This document shows positions 11,788 to 24,806 of a stretch of 64,000 bases of DNA, piece by piece; the stretch's first letter is position 1, and each line of letters begins with the position of its first letter. The DNA comes from Octopus vulgaris (lineage: Eukaryota): assembly GCA_951406725.2 (NCBI GenBank), contig OX597816.1:149544001-149608000 (forward strand), in the 5' to 3' direction. A program made the translations under genes and the position numbers. The notes under the pieces are model-generated. The model did not search any database, was not told where the DNA came from, and saw nothing but the letters and a program-made list of their open reading frames with translations.

Positions 11788-13329
11788 CAAATATATATAT
11801 ATATATATATTCGTCTAACTCATGCTGGCTTGGGAAAATGACTGTAAAACAATGAATATAGATATTGGAGTCTGCTTGAATTTCACTAGAAGGAGCTGCT
11901 GTTTTGTTTAGCCTTAAGTCAGCTTTTTTTGAGCAGGCTTAACATCACTACCTTGTCTTTCCTTTACTTTTCCAGACACCCTAGGGTTACTTTGTCTAAT
12001 GTGCCCATTCTTTTCTATGACAATGAGGTATGATTTGAGAGATTTAGCCACTATTTCTAGCTAGTTGAGCAACCATGTAGAAATTTGCAGTGGTGTTAAA
12101 TCACATTAGCAGCATGCAAAGGTCAGGAATAGTAGATTAGAAGCAATAGGTCAAGCCACCTGAATTTTCCTTCTTGCTTTAACAACATGCTAAATGTTAC
12201 AGACCACTCTATAGAAGTCTGTATAAAAAATTTAAATGGCATGCATTGATTTTTTTCTTTTTTTTTTTTTTTTTTTTTTTTAGTTGAGCTATCATTAATC
12301 AAGAAATATTCTGTTCTAACTCTTTTAATTGTAGATCTGTAATGTGTGTCTTAGTATGCACATCGAGATTATTGTGTATATAATTTACCAAATTTCACAA
12401 GGTGATCCGATTCAACCCAATATAATTAATGGAGGCGAAAAAAACAAAAGCAAATTTCCATGTCCTGTTGAGAATAAATGGGGATGGAGCCAGATGTACA
12501 GAAACTGAGTATTATAATGGAGTTGTTATGGGTTAGTGAGAGGGGACAGAAATGTTCATTTGTTATGTCACTTTTTCTTTCTGTCTTTCATTTCATACAT
12601 AGTCACATGCTTATACATTTGTGTGTATATCATGTGTAGTGTGATGGAAGAAAAGGACAACAGAAAAAGAAGCAAATGGGAAAAAGAAATACAAAAGGCC
12701 TTCCCTGTTGACCTCAGCGGAATGAATCGGTCACTCATGAAATAAATATGTCTTGTCTTACTGCTGTCTCTGCTCGAAATGACCACACGTGCCTCATGCC
12801 CTCTGCTTGTCTCACCGGCCCCTGCAAGCCTTACTTCGTCCACCTCATCTGCAATCCCCTCCACCAACACCACATAGCTCCATCACAGCCCATAACACCA
12901 CATGATGATACATACATACTCACATATATGTGCATATCTGTGAATTGTGTGCATCTTGCAAGTCACTTGGCAACCTTACTAATGCACCCAGTACACCAAT
13001 ACCAACAAAGAAGCACCCAGTAGACTGTGAAGTGGTTGGTGTTAGGAAGGGTATCCAGCCATGGAAATCATGCCAAAGCTGACGTAAAGCACAATACAGC
13101 CCTGCAGCTCATTGAATCCTACTAAACTCCAACCCATGCCACTATGGAAAATGGTCATTAATTGATGTTGATGATATATCATCATCATTTAACATTCACT
13201 TTTCCATGGTTGCGGTAGTCAGACAGAATTTGTTGAAGCCCTTTCAGTCACCAACCCTCACCAATGTAAAATATGCAGTTCTGCTCTCATTTAATTATAG
13301 GAGCAAAATATTGCAGTTAGACAGATGAC

Positions 13330-14050
13330 AAGAGTTAATGATAGAGAGATAGATGAGTCTTCTTGAGTACTGCATGTGGCCAGTCAAACCAGTCTTTTGT
13401 CATCTCTTCTATAAGATTCAAAATTCTGAGGTCAGCCTTCAGCACATCGTTCCACTTCTTTCTGGGTCTCTCTCTTTCACAATTTCCATCCACATTTAGC
13501 AATTAGTACTTTCTATCCATATGCATCACATGAGCATATTAACACAGTCTTCTTTCTTGCACTCTACACTCAATGCCTTTTATGTCCCATTTTTCACTCA
13601 ATACATTTGCACTTTATTGTACATACACACTGATGTTTAACATCCAATGAAGCATGCTAGCTTCATTTCTTTCTAGTCTTTGCATTTACCCTGCATTTAT
13701 GGCTCATGTTTCACTACCATGTGGCATTGTTATTTGTACACAAGTATCATAGAATCTGCCTTACTCTCTGAGAGGGAGAGGTCACTTTTTTTATCCACAA
13801 AGGTAATAGCTCTGAACTTCTCGAGCCAGTTCTTAGTCTTGCAATTTAGACTTTCAGAACATCTTCTTCTGTTAATTAGGTCACCTAGGTAACAGAGACC
13901 GTCTATTACCTCTAAGGTTTCTCCTAGGCATTCAATGAAATCAGTTTTCTATGTAACACAGTCTGTTTCCTCTGTTAACCTTCCTATGATTCCATTGTGC
14001 TTCCTGTGTGTCCAAAGTTTGCAATGGGTACTTTATAGATTTTCTACCTA
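13330..14050 (-). mobile_element. RTE LINE 3' fragment
   Basis: Reverse-complement homology to 16440-17160 (HCKLWTHRKH, ..CYLGDL..). Confidence 0.75.
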
Positions 14051-14194
14051 TGAGGTGATATCAAAAAATTCCCAGACTAGTTCTGTAGCATGCCAACAGA
14101 TGGCAGCACACAGTTGCAGGCACATTGAGAGCCTTTGAACACTAGATTATTGCTGTAGCTGATCCTGAATTTAGATATATTTATATTTATACAT

Positions 14195-14612
14195 TTCTGT
14201 GTATCAAATAATGAGGATAGAAATTGATATCAATCAATCAATATCAATTTAAACAAGTGGTCTAGCATATTCAAAAAAATCCGAAGATTTAAAAATCATA
14301 TTACAATTAATAAAAGGAATGACCACTAAAGTGGATTCCTATATGCTAAAGATAGACATCAAATCGCCTTACCACGAAGAGTGTGTTCTCAAGAAAAAGA
14401 TCTCAGCAAATGCCAGAATGTAAACAACCTACGTATCATGATTTCATTATTAATACTTGCAAAGTGCAAATATCTGTAACTCTTCAGCGTAGCCTGTCGT
14501 ATTTCAAAACCTATTTCACAGAACTATACACAGAAACGTTCACCTGAAAGAAAACTTATGTACAGTTCTGTAAATTATATTTGTGATATTTTTCAAATGT
14601 CTTCATTTGTAT
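14195..14612 (-). mobile_element. Penelope-like relic carrying a hammerhead
   Basis: Hammerhead at 14429-14492, extra hairpin CAGAACT..AGTTCTG (14519-14570), TA-rich flanks. Boundaries approximate. Confidence 0.55.
14429..14492 (-). ncRNA. Type I hammerhead ribozyme motif with canonical core
   Basis: Reverse complement: CUACG CUGAAGA [GUUA..AUAUUUGCA-CUU-UGCAAGUAU..UAAU] GAA AUCAUGAU A CGUAG. 5-bp stem I, extended stem II, palindromic stem III, AUA triplet. Confidence 0.82.
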
Positions 14613-14990
14613 GTATGTATATGCATCATCATCATTTAACATCCGTTGTCTATACTGGCATGGGTTGGACGGTTTCACCAGGGCTGGTAAGCTGGAAGGC
14701 TGCACCAGACTCCAGTCTGATTTGGCATGGTTTTCTATGGCTGGATGCCCTTCCTGACGCTGACATCTCTGAGTGTGTGATGGGTTCTTTTACATGCCAC
14801 TTGCACAGATGCCATTTGTGTGGCACCGGTATCTGCCACAACTGCGATTTTGCTGGCTTGATGGGTCTTCTTCTCAAGCATGACATAATGCCAAAGGTCT
14901 TGGTCATTGCCTCTGTGAGCCCAACACTCGAAAGGAACTCAGCCACTTTGCCTCCGAGGCCCAGTTTATATATATTTGTATGTATGTATG

Positions 14991-15033
<43 letters not shown>

Positions 15034-15059
15034 ATATGTATAATATTTATATTTGTTGC

Positions 15060-18040
15060 AACACTAACTTCAAAAAACCAACCAGCCACCTAATCACTTA
15101 TCAGTCTGGTGAGCACATAAGCCAGATTGACTACCTCCCCACCAAGCAATGAGATAGGTGGGTGCTTAAAAATGAAGTCTTTCCCAGGTGAAGAGTGTAT
15201 AACCCAACATAGGTTACTAGTTAGTGACTTCAGAATTAGAGCTAGAAAGACTTGGAGAAATAAACCAATCTGGAAAAAACTATGGAATCTCAAAGGCCCA
15301 GCAAAGAGACAATTTAGAGACTCATGGAAGCTTCTGACAAAAGAGGAAGAGTTAGGGTCATATAGCTTAGAGGACAATTGGAAGTTCCTGCAGGAGAATC
15401 TACTGAGGGCTATGGACAAAATCTGCAGTTGGTGCAGAGTCCCAGCTAGACCAAGGGTGACATGATGGGGAGCAAGGAGGTTGACAGTGCTATAAAAGCA
15501 AAAGACAGGCCTGGAAAAACAGTGGAAACAGAGAATTATATCAGGTAGCCAAATGGGCAGGTAGGTATCAGGTATACACAGCAAAAGAAGTAGCTGAAAC
15601 AGCATAATAGATAAGACAGGAAAAGCCCCTGGGCCATCAGGAATCAGTGCCAAGATGATTAAATTTTCGGTGGTATAGGAGATAGCTTAGTCACCCATAT
15701 AGTTAAACAGGTTATTCAGGAAAGCAGCATTCCCAATGACTGGTGTAGTAGTATTATAGTTAGCTACTACAAGGGTAAAGGTGATGCCTTAGAGAGAAAC
15801 ACCTACAGAGGCATTACATTACTAGACCGTCATGAAAGTTACTGAGAGGATTATAGCTCAGTTGATTAGAAATAGAATTAAACTAGTTGAGATGCAGTTT
15901 GGTGTTCTACTTCGGAAGAGTACCATAGATGCCATCTTCCAAGTGAGACAGCTGCAGGAGAAGTACTTGGCCAAAAGTAAGCCTTTGCACTTAGCCTTCA
16001 TCAACTTGTAGAAAGCTTTTGACAGAGTTCCCTGCTCTGTTATTTGGTGGTCTCTAAGGAGGTTAGGAGTGGAGGAGTGGCTTGTTAGAGCTGTACAAGC
16101 CATATACGGTGGTGCTGTCAGTCAGGTGAGTGTTGGCCATGAATACAGTGATGAATTTAGCATACAGGTAGGAGTTCACCAGAGCTCAGTTCTCAGTCCA
16201 CTCTTATTCATTATAGTCCTCCAGGTCATAACAGAGGAATTCTAAACTGGGTGCCTGTGGGAACTGCTATATGCTGATGACCTTGCTCTTATTGCAGGTG
16301 CTTTAGCAGAATTGGAGAAGAAATTCCAGGCATCGAAACAAAATCTGGAATCAAAGGGCCTTAAAGTTAACCTAGCTAAGATCAAAGTTATTGTTAATAA
16401 GAAAGAAGATAAAACAGGTAAATGGCCCTGCTCAATGTGTAGGAAAGGAGTTGGAAGAAATTCCATTTGCTGCACCCAGTGTAAACTATGAACACATAAA
16501 AGGTGCAGAGGAATCACAGGTAGATTAACAGATAGTCTTTGTATGTGGCAGAGGTGCAGGAACAATAAGCACTAAGAACACAAGACTTAGATTCTCTCAA
16601 ATGCCCAGGAGGCCCTCTTGAGGTTGTAGATAGTTTCTGTTACCTAGGTGACCAAATTAACAATGGTGGAGGATGCTCTGAAAGTATTGTTTCTAGAATA
16701 AGTACTGGGTTGAGGAAATTCAGAGAGCTATCACCTATGTTGGCAACAAAAGAACTCTAGATTATATGGTGCTTGTGAGTAACAGCTATACTTCATGGTA
16801 GTGAGACATGGGCTCTGAATGCAGAAGACATGCATAGACTGGAGAGAAATGAAGGTAGTATGCCCTGTTGGATGTGCAACATCAGTGCACATGTACAGCT
16901 AAGTGCAAGTGTATTAAATAGTTGGGCATAAGAGGAATCAAATGTAGCACGCAAGAGAGATTGGGTTGGATTGGACATGTGATGCATATGAATGAGAATA
17001 GCTGCATAAAGAAGTGCTGATCATTGAAATTGGGTGGTATTCATGGAAGAAGGAGACTCAGGAAAATGTGGGTTGAAGTGGTAAGGACTGATCTCACAAT
17101 GTAGGGCCACATGGAGGAAATGACAATGTACGGAGATGTTGGGCAATATGAAGTTATTAAGACATGCCCACATCAGTGAAACTGAGTTCTAGAAGTGCTG
17201 CCCCACACACACACACTTAACAAGAGAATTTCTCATACTCTACATCTCTTCCTCACATTTCCCACTCCCCAATCCTGTGCCACTGGCTAGCCCCGCCCTG
17301 ACTTGTGTGTCCCGTCCACACACCCTGCATCACTGTATTATTGCTATCTGCTAGCCGCTGGCTTGTGTGTTCCACCCATGTGTAACAAAAAAACTTCATT
17401 CACCCTACCCCAACAAACCAATCTACATCTCTTCCTCATATTTCCTCTTTCATACACTATGCCTACCTCTCACTCCCCAATCCTGTCCTCATGGCCCCAT
17501 TCCTTTATCAATACTATCCTCTGTCATTACACACACACCCCGACTCTATCCCCAAGTTTTAACTACTCGCTCTTCCACACTCTTTAATCACACTTCCTTC
17601 AAAATATCCTGCCACTTATGGCGTCTGAAACTCAAGGGTATGCCCTGGTACTTGCCACCATCTATGTCTTCGTATACTCAACCATCCTAATTATATTCTG
17701 ATCTGCAACCTTTGTGAGTTGGTATGGCATTTTGCCATCATATCCATCTTGCTGTCTTCCACTCTCTCTCTCTTTCTCCTGCACTTCCCTCAGGTTAGGT
17801 AAGCATGTATTTCCTTTGTGGTAGCACACCTGTTTCTGTCGTCCTGATCTCTCTCTCTCTCTCCAGTGGCACATAAAAGCACCCACTACACTCTCGGAGT
17901 GGTTGGCGTTAGGAAGGGCATCAAGCTGTAGAAACTGCCAGATCAAGACTGGAGCTTGGTGCAGCCATCTGGTTCGCCAGCCCACAGTCAAACCGTCCAA
18001 CCCATGCTAGCATGGAAAGCGGACGTTAAATGATGATGAT
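15060..18040 (+). mobile_element. RTE-clade LINE (5'-truncated, degraded ORF, 3' UTR, (GAT)n tail)
   Basis: Endonuclease C-term (TQHRLLVSDF), YKGKGDA..YRGITLL, EKAFDRVP, GVHQSSVLSPLLF, ELLYADDL (YADD at 16270), FCYLG. Ends ...acgttaaatgatgatgat. Confidence 0.9.
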
Positions 18041-18048
18041 ATATATAT

Positions 18049-18470
18049 ATGTAATATTTGTGTATGTATGTATATGTAATATTTGTGTATGTATGCATAT
18101 GTAATATTTGTGTATGTATGTATATGTAATATTTGTGTATGTATGTATATGTAATATTTGTGTATGTATATATATATGTAATATTTGTGTATGTATGTAT
18201 ATGTAATATTTGTGTATGTATGTATATGTAATATTTGTGTATGTATGTATATGTAATATTTGTGTATGTATGTATATGTAATATTTGTGTATGTATGTAT
18301 ATGTAATATTTGTGTATGTATGTATATGTAATATTTGTGTATGTATGTATATGTAATATTTGTATATGTATGTATATGTAATATTTATGTATGTATATGT
18401 AATATTAGTGTTTGTGTATGTAGATGTAATATTAGTGTTTGTGTATGTACGTAGATGTAATATTAGTGTT
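18049..18470. repeat. 25-bp minisatellite (ATGTAATATTTGTGTATGTATGTAT)n
   Basis: About 16 tandem units directly after the RTE tail, degenerating to the right. Confidence 0.9.
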
Positions 18471-18799
18471 TGTGTGTGTATATATATAACGTATTATTAG
18501 TGTCTGTGTGTATGTATGTAAAAATATACATCCGTATATATATATATAATATACATATTAGTCTGTATATATATATATATATATATAATTATATATTGTG
18601 TAGATACAATATTTTATATATACATTGTGTGTACGTGTGGTTTTGTGTGTGTATATACGTATGTAATGTACACAGACATACGTGAATGTGGATATATACC
18701 TATGTGTGTGTGTATACACACACACACACACATATATATAATCGTATATGTATAACCACATTGAATATGTATGTTTATTTTTTACAAAGTCATGTTTTT

Positions 18800-20074
18800 C
18801 CCCACCCTTTCTTTCGTTTTTAGTTGTTATTCAGACAGCACTCATTAAATATTGGATATATACGGAAATGAAATTAACCGCAAGTAGTTTGTTTACAAAC
18901 GTTCGCGTACACACATACATGACGTGACATACACACATCTGCTGTACGTGTCTATATTTGTGCGTCTTTGTTGATGTTTTCTTTAACCTGTTGATACTGG
19001 GTTTATTCACCACAGTCTAGAGCCGGAAATCTATATAAGGAAAATAGAGGATCGTGAATATGTGTAAAATGCCGGGGAATCCGGCCAGATATTGGCTGTC
19101 GTATATCCGCCTTTATTGTTCCGAGAACGTCTTGTTGATGTAAACAAGAGCCGATATTTGTAACGATTCCTTTGATAAGTGAGTAGTGTGTGTTGTAGAT
19201 AACATGACCAACAACTGCAGGCTATTCTCTCCTTTTCTTTCTCCGTCTTACTATTCATTACATTTACTACGCTGTTGATCGGATTATCATTTGTTTTTCA
19301 ACATTATATTTGGAATCTATTTATTAATGTCGATCTTTCAGGACGTGGGACATTGTTTTCTGCATGGTCACTCACACACGCAATACGTTGCATGTCCCAT
19401 GACGAGTGACCTTTTAGTTAAAAAGACTGTTTGTTTTTTATTTTCATTAATCGGGGGAAACGAAAAGAAAATTTATTAATACTGATGTGTATCATGATTT
19501 TTATCGAGAATACAATGGATGGAAATGTTTGTAGTTACTGAACCAAGGTATCGTTGTTCGACCAATAATGGAAGAATCGATCTCGTGATAAAAGAATTGT
19601 AAATTTCTTGGACTGTGCAGGAGTAAACTGTATCAGTCACAAAAATCCACGGGATTCTCAAATAACAGTAGCAGATGTGGTAATGCTAATAATAAGCTGG
19701 TATTCAAATGAGTTAAAATGAATTGCCTGGACAGCACTGGTACCTTACACAACAGTAGCCCTCTCATAGACCCCGACTTATTTTATCGCTACATTGATCT
19801 CATGACAAACCATTTAGGTTCTAAAATTTCCAGAAAACGAAAGTCCCTTGGCAGGATAAGGTTTGTTGATGTAAATTCTTCTTCGGCTATTTCTTGCTTT
19901 CTTTCTTTTGCTTTTTTGTTTGTTCGTTCTTTATATTTTTTTCTCATTTGGAAAAAGTTAGTGTGAAAATTATTGCAGTTTTTTTTTCAGCTTGAGTATG
20001 AAATGTCTGATCTGGGATCTTAGGCGCATTGCCCAGCTTTAGCGTCGTTCACACGTACAAATGTATGGACACGC

Positions 20075-20080
<6 letters not shown>
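18800..20080 (+). promoter_or_regulatory. CpG-retaining putative promoter/first-exon region
   Basis: Unique sequence with many CpGs inside CpG-poor surroundings; strong donor AA|GTGAGT at 19179. Confidence 0.45.
19718..19860 (+). CDS. Candidate first coding exon of PRR5-like gene
   Basis: ATG-initiated open frame MNCLDSTGTLHNSSPLIDPDLFYRYIDLMTNHLGSKISRKRKSLGRI ending in AG|GTTTGT (phase 2), compatible with the phase-2 acceptor at 32799. It lies in a CpG-retaining region. No clear homology, and it lacks the Trp usually just upstream of the conserved domain. Confidence 0.4.
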
Positions 20081-20136
<56 letters not shown>

Positions 20137-21696
20137 GTAGATTTGTTGCTTTTAAATAATAAACATTATTCTGGTATGATTGAATAATATCTGCAGCACA
20201 AAAATTGCAGAAAAAGCAGACAGGACAACATAAATATTACTTTCTTTATTAGTAATACTAAGATTGACTAAATGTGGCTTGCATCATTATGACTTGGATT
20301 GAAAACGAAAATAAAAAAGATGTTGATGCATCGTGAGATTTTTGTATTAGTGTGGTTTGCAAATGAAAGATAAGACTTGAAGTGTTTTACTCGTAATTGA
20401 GTTGTTGCAGTAACCATGGTGAACACAATTTCAGTGGTGTACCTTATCGATAACCCTAGAAGTGCAGTCTGGTCTGGCTGAGAGTCATTAAGTACTCTTT
20501 AATGAAAAGTACTGGTTGTATAGGATGTAATGTGGAGCCAGCGTATGTTGTGTTTTTTTGGGTTTTTTTCTGATAAATCTTTTCATGTGATAGAGGTTCT
20601 GACAGCTTCAGTGGAAATAAGGTACTTTCAGTCTCAATTTCTTTTGATATATTTTAGTTGCCAATATAAAAACATAACACAGAGTTTGGGAGAGAGAATA
20701 AGGTGAAAGTGATGGTGGCTGTAGAATGTTAGTAATGTGCTAATGTTTTTAACTATTTCTGGATTGAAGGACCTCTAGTTGCAGGAAGTGTGTTGGAGCT
20801 GATTGCAGCCAGTCATTTGAGCCAGTGAAGGAGAGTATGTGTAGTTACTTCAAGTACTCAACAAAACAGCTTAAGCTTTTCCCTGGTTTTTAATCCATAT
20901 TTTAAAGCTCCTAACAGATTACAATAAATAGTGGATGACTATATCTAGAATACTGATAGAAAATCCAGTATCAATCCAACATCCATACATCTTTATAAAT
21001 AGTATTTTGAGAGTGTGAGCAAGTTGAACGTATGTTTTTATTTATACCATCAAGGGATGAATGTCTATGCAAATTGTTGCTATATTGTATTTGCCTTGTA
21101 CAAATGCAAAATCTCTACATGAGTCCGTTTTCAATTTTGTAGTTCATGAACTTGATCTCTTGACCACCACGTGTCATGCAATATCTAATATAGCTAAAGT
21201 ATGAATGTTTCAGTGTTAATTTAACCATCACCATCCCATTCAAAGCTTGACATTTTTAAAATCTGTTGTATGTTGGTGAAACATTATCTGAGTGGTGTGC
21301 TGGCAGAATTGTTAGCATAGCAGACAAAATTCTTAGATTGTAAAGAGCCACAAGAAATGCCATTGTCCAAATTTTGTTTGGGGTCACCTTTGTCTTTCAC
21401 TCCAGGGTCAATAAACTAAACTAGTCCAGTGCTGGAGACAATATAATCAGCTTGCCTCCTCTCTTCAAAATTGCTGGCTTTGTGCCAAAATTATAAACCA
21501 CATGTTTACTTTTGTGCTTTTGCTGTCCAACAGCACAGATCAGTGTCTTGGACAATGTTTACTTTTGTTTTTTTGAGTTTTCCTACTGTAATATGTGAGC
21601 AATATCTAGTTGCTTATTTACATATGTTGTGTGTATGTAATTCCTAATATTTTAGTTATGCATTTGTCTACATCTCTAAACTTTCCCAAGATATCT

Positions 21697-22181
21697 AATA
21701 TTATGAGGGTTGTTTGTTTTCAATCCACATATAAATCCTTATATGTGGATAGTGTCTCAATTTCTTTTAGGGAGACATTATCATCTTTCAGAATTGATAT
21801 ATTAGTTAAGATTTCTCTTCTTGATAGCTGATTGTCTTTGATAATAATGTCTAAAGATCTGCCTTAATCTATATGAATTGGCATGTTCCAAAGAGTGATA
21901 ACTTTGTCATTCTTTGAGACCTTGTCTGTATTTTTTATTCCAGCATTTCTTCCAACAGCAACAACCTTTTTTCACTCATCAGTACACACAAAGGGTTATG
22001 GCATGTCCATCAGCCTTTTAGAAATTTTTATTATATTAAAAAGACCCAACAAATATTATTGTCAAAGACAATCAGCTAGCAAAATGAGAAATCTTAACTA
22101 ATATATCAATTCTGAAAGATGATAATGTCTCTCTAAAAAGGATTTATATGTGGATTGAAAACAAACAAACCTCATAATATT
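21697..22181. repeat. Inverted repeat with 130-150-bp arms
   Basis: 21697-21848 versus 22055-22181, with a spacer of about 205 bp. Confidence 0.85.
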
Positions 22182-23699
22182 TAAAACTAAATTACATGAA
22201 CACATTGCATTTTTCCTCAAAGGAATATACATGCCTTTTAAGTAGTTGAGAATGTTTGGTTTACACCATATCTTTGCCGTGTGTATTTTAATTCTAACAT
22301 GGTTTCCAATGTATGGAAAGTGTGTGTGTGTGTGTATGTGCATGCATAGATGATTATTGCTCCATCTTCACAAATACTTGCTGTTTCCCTGTGCTTCATC
22401 ATTGACTGTGCCATTTCTGACTTTCTAGCCATCACCTCTCAGTCCTGTTGTTGATCTGCATGGTTTGAAGTGTAGGTGACAAACAAGTGTCCCTCTCCTA
22501 GAAGGATGCTTTGGCAACAACTAGAGGTTCCCCATAATGGAATAACCATTAAAAGCTTTACTTCATGCCATACACATGCACTCTCACGCATGCTTCATAT
22601 ATTCTCTTTTGGTTGAGACTGAGTAGCTAAAAACAAAAGGATTTGTTTCTTAAAAACCTCCATAGTTTTTCAGTTACTTTTTTATTCTGCTATTAAATAT
22701 TTTTAGTAGGTTTTTGGTCTTGCACCACAATCAGAAACTCCAAGTCTCTGTTTGCAATTCTCAGTCATTATTTTGTTTGTTTCTTTCTTCATATCATTAA
22801 TAAACTACATGTATGATACTGCAGTCAGCTGACCTGTCCAAATGTTCTGCTCACGCTTATTCACTTAGTGCTGATTCAGCAATATTTGTTCAGTGAATAT
22901 TACTGACTTGCAACTTATGTTGAACAGCTATTAACATATGTAGGATGGACCAGGCTATCGGCCAAGTCCAACATGTGGATCCCCCCACATGCACATACAT
23001 CTTTAGTTTAGCTTAGAAGGGCAGTTCTCTTCTGTCTAGTAGATATGGTGAAGAGATTGAATGGTGGACATGATCAAGATTATTGAAGAGAGATGCTTTC
23101 CTCTTTGGCCAATCCTTCATGAACTTTCAAGTTCCACTTAGAAAGGGAGATACTACTTTCCAGTATAATCTCAGAATATGCCTGTAGGCTGGAGAATACA
23201 GCTGGGAGAAGATATCTGCTCTTGATAGCCAATCATCTTAGATCTCTGGGGGTTCATACTGGGTGGGTCATCCCATTTCATCCATTTTTGTATACTATAT
23301 TTTTTAGGCTTGTTTTTCCATTATTTTGCGTAATCCTCTTTTTTTTAAAATTTATCTTTGCAATGTTCTTTCATGTATTGCCCTTATGGCAAATAAATGG
23401 TTACTATTTTATTGTTGTGGTTAATGAGGAAAGTATTCTAACAAGTTTAAATTGCATAAAAAAACAATTGTTAGGATTACTTTCATTTGAGTAGTATTTG
23501 AATATTTCAATGTCTGCCTATATGGTATATATATATATAACAACAAAAAAGGCTGTTAGATAACTTTTTTCCCTGTTTTGGTGTGGCTGTTCTTCCCAAC
23601 CACATTCTGTTTTTGGGTTCAGTCATACAGCATGGCATCTTCAGCAAGTCTTCTGCTAAAGCCCCAGACTTGAGTAGATTAGGTAGATGGAAACTGAAA

Positions 23700-23954
23700 A
23701 TCTTTCTCTTCCTCTCTCTCTCTCTCTTTCTTTCTCTCTCCCTCTCTCTTTCTCTCCCTCTCTTTCTCTCCCTCTCTTTCTCTCCCCTCTTTCTCTCCCC
23801 CTCTCTTTCTCTCCCTCTCTTTCTCTCCCTCTTTTTCCCTCTCTTTCTCTCTCCTTCTCTCTCCCTTTCTCTCTCTCTCTCTCTCCCTTTCTCTCTCTCC
23901 CTCCCTCTCTCTCTCTCTTTCTCTCTCGCTTTCTTTCTCAATCTCTCTCTCTCG

Positions 23955-23988
<34 letters not shown>

Positions 23989-24075
23989 TTCTCTTTCTCT
24001 CTCGCTTTCTCTTTCTCTCTGTTTCTCTCTCACTCACTCATTCCCCTCACTCACTCACTCACTCACTCACACACA
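23700..24075. repeat. (CT)n-rich low-complexity tract
   Basis: Direct reading; source of the RE/SL repeat ORFs. Confidence 0.95.
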
Positions 24076-24771
24076 TGCACACATATGAAGAGTGTCATTC
24101 TTTTCTGATATTTTGTGTGAACATATCTTGCTATGGTGGAAATATTTCCTTGGAAACTGGCAAATATTGATGACAGGAAGGGCATCCAGCTGTAGAAAAT
24201 ATGCTTCAATGAACTCCATCTCACCCATGCAAGTGTGGAAAAGTGGATGTCAGTATGATGATGATGACACAAGTATAATAGTAATGTGTAAGGTTCATGA
24301 AGTCAAAAATCATTAAGGTGAATGCATTTCCAGGAAGTTTAAACTTGTAGAAAGAAAAAAAAACATCCAATCCTGTTCCCCCCACCCATTAAATTTGAAG
24401 CAAAGCACATGACATTGGAAGAAATATATATCTATGAAAAAAAAACACTTGAATTTGAGAGGGGTTCTAATAATATGTTTGACAAAAACAACACACATAC
24501 ACGCGTGCGTGCTCACATGCTCACACACACGCGCACACACAGTGTTGCCAAACAAAAGTCACTTTGTATTTCTTAATGAAATAGAGCTTGCAATAGATCA
24601 ACTTTAGATATGACAATTGTGTTTTATTTTTGATTTTTAATTCACACCAAATCTTTTATGTTCATTATATAACATCCTTATCTTTCCCTTCATTTTTATA
24701 TAATTTTGTCTTGCCCATTCCCACACTTTGTATAACATTTGTATGAAAGGGCCTGTGTACACTTTAAAAAG

Positions 24772-24804
<33 letters not shown>

Positions 24805-24806
<2 letters not shown>

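Noticed and set aside
18049-18470. CRISPR-like periodic array
   Set aside because: No unique spacers; a simple tandem minisatellite in eukaryotic DNA.
20658-20702. Phase 2-2 mini-exon CQYKNITQSLGERI
   Set aside because: Weak donor (GTGAAA) and no homology.
23507-24170. Overlapping RE-rich and SL-rich ORFs
   Set aside because: Artefacts of the (CT)n tract.
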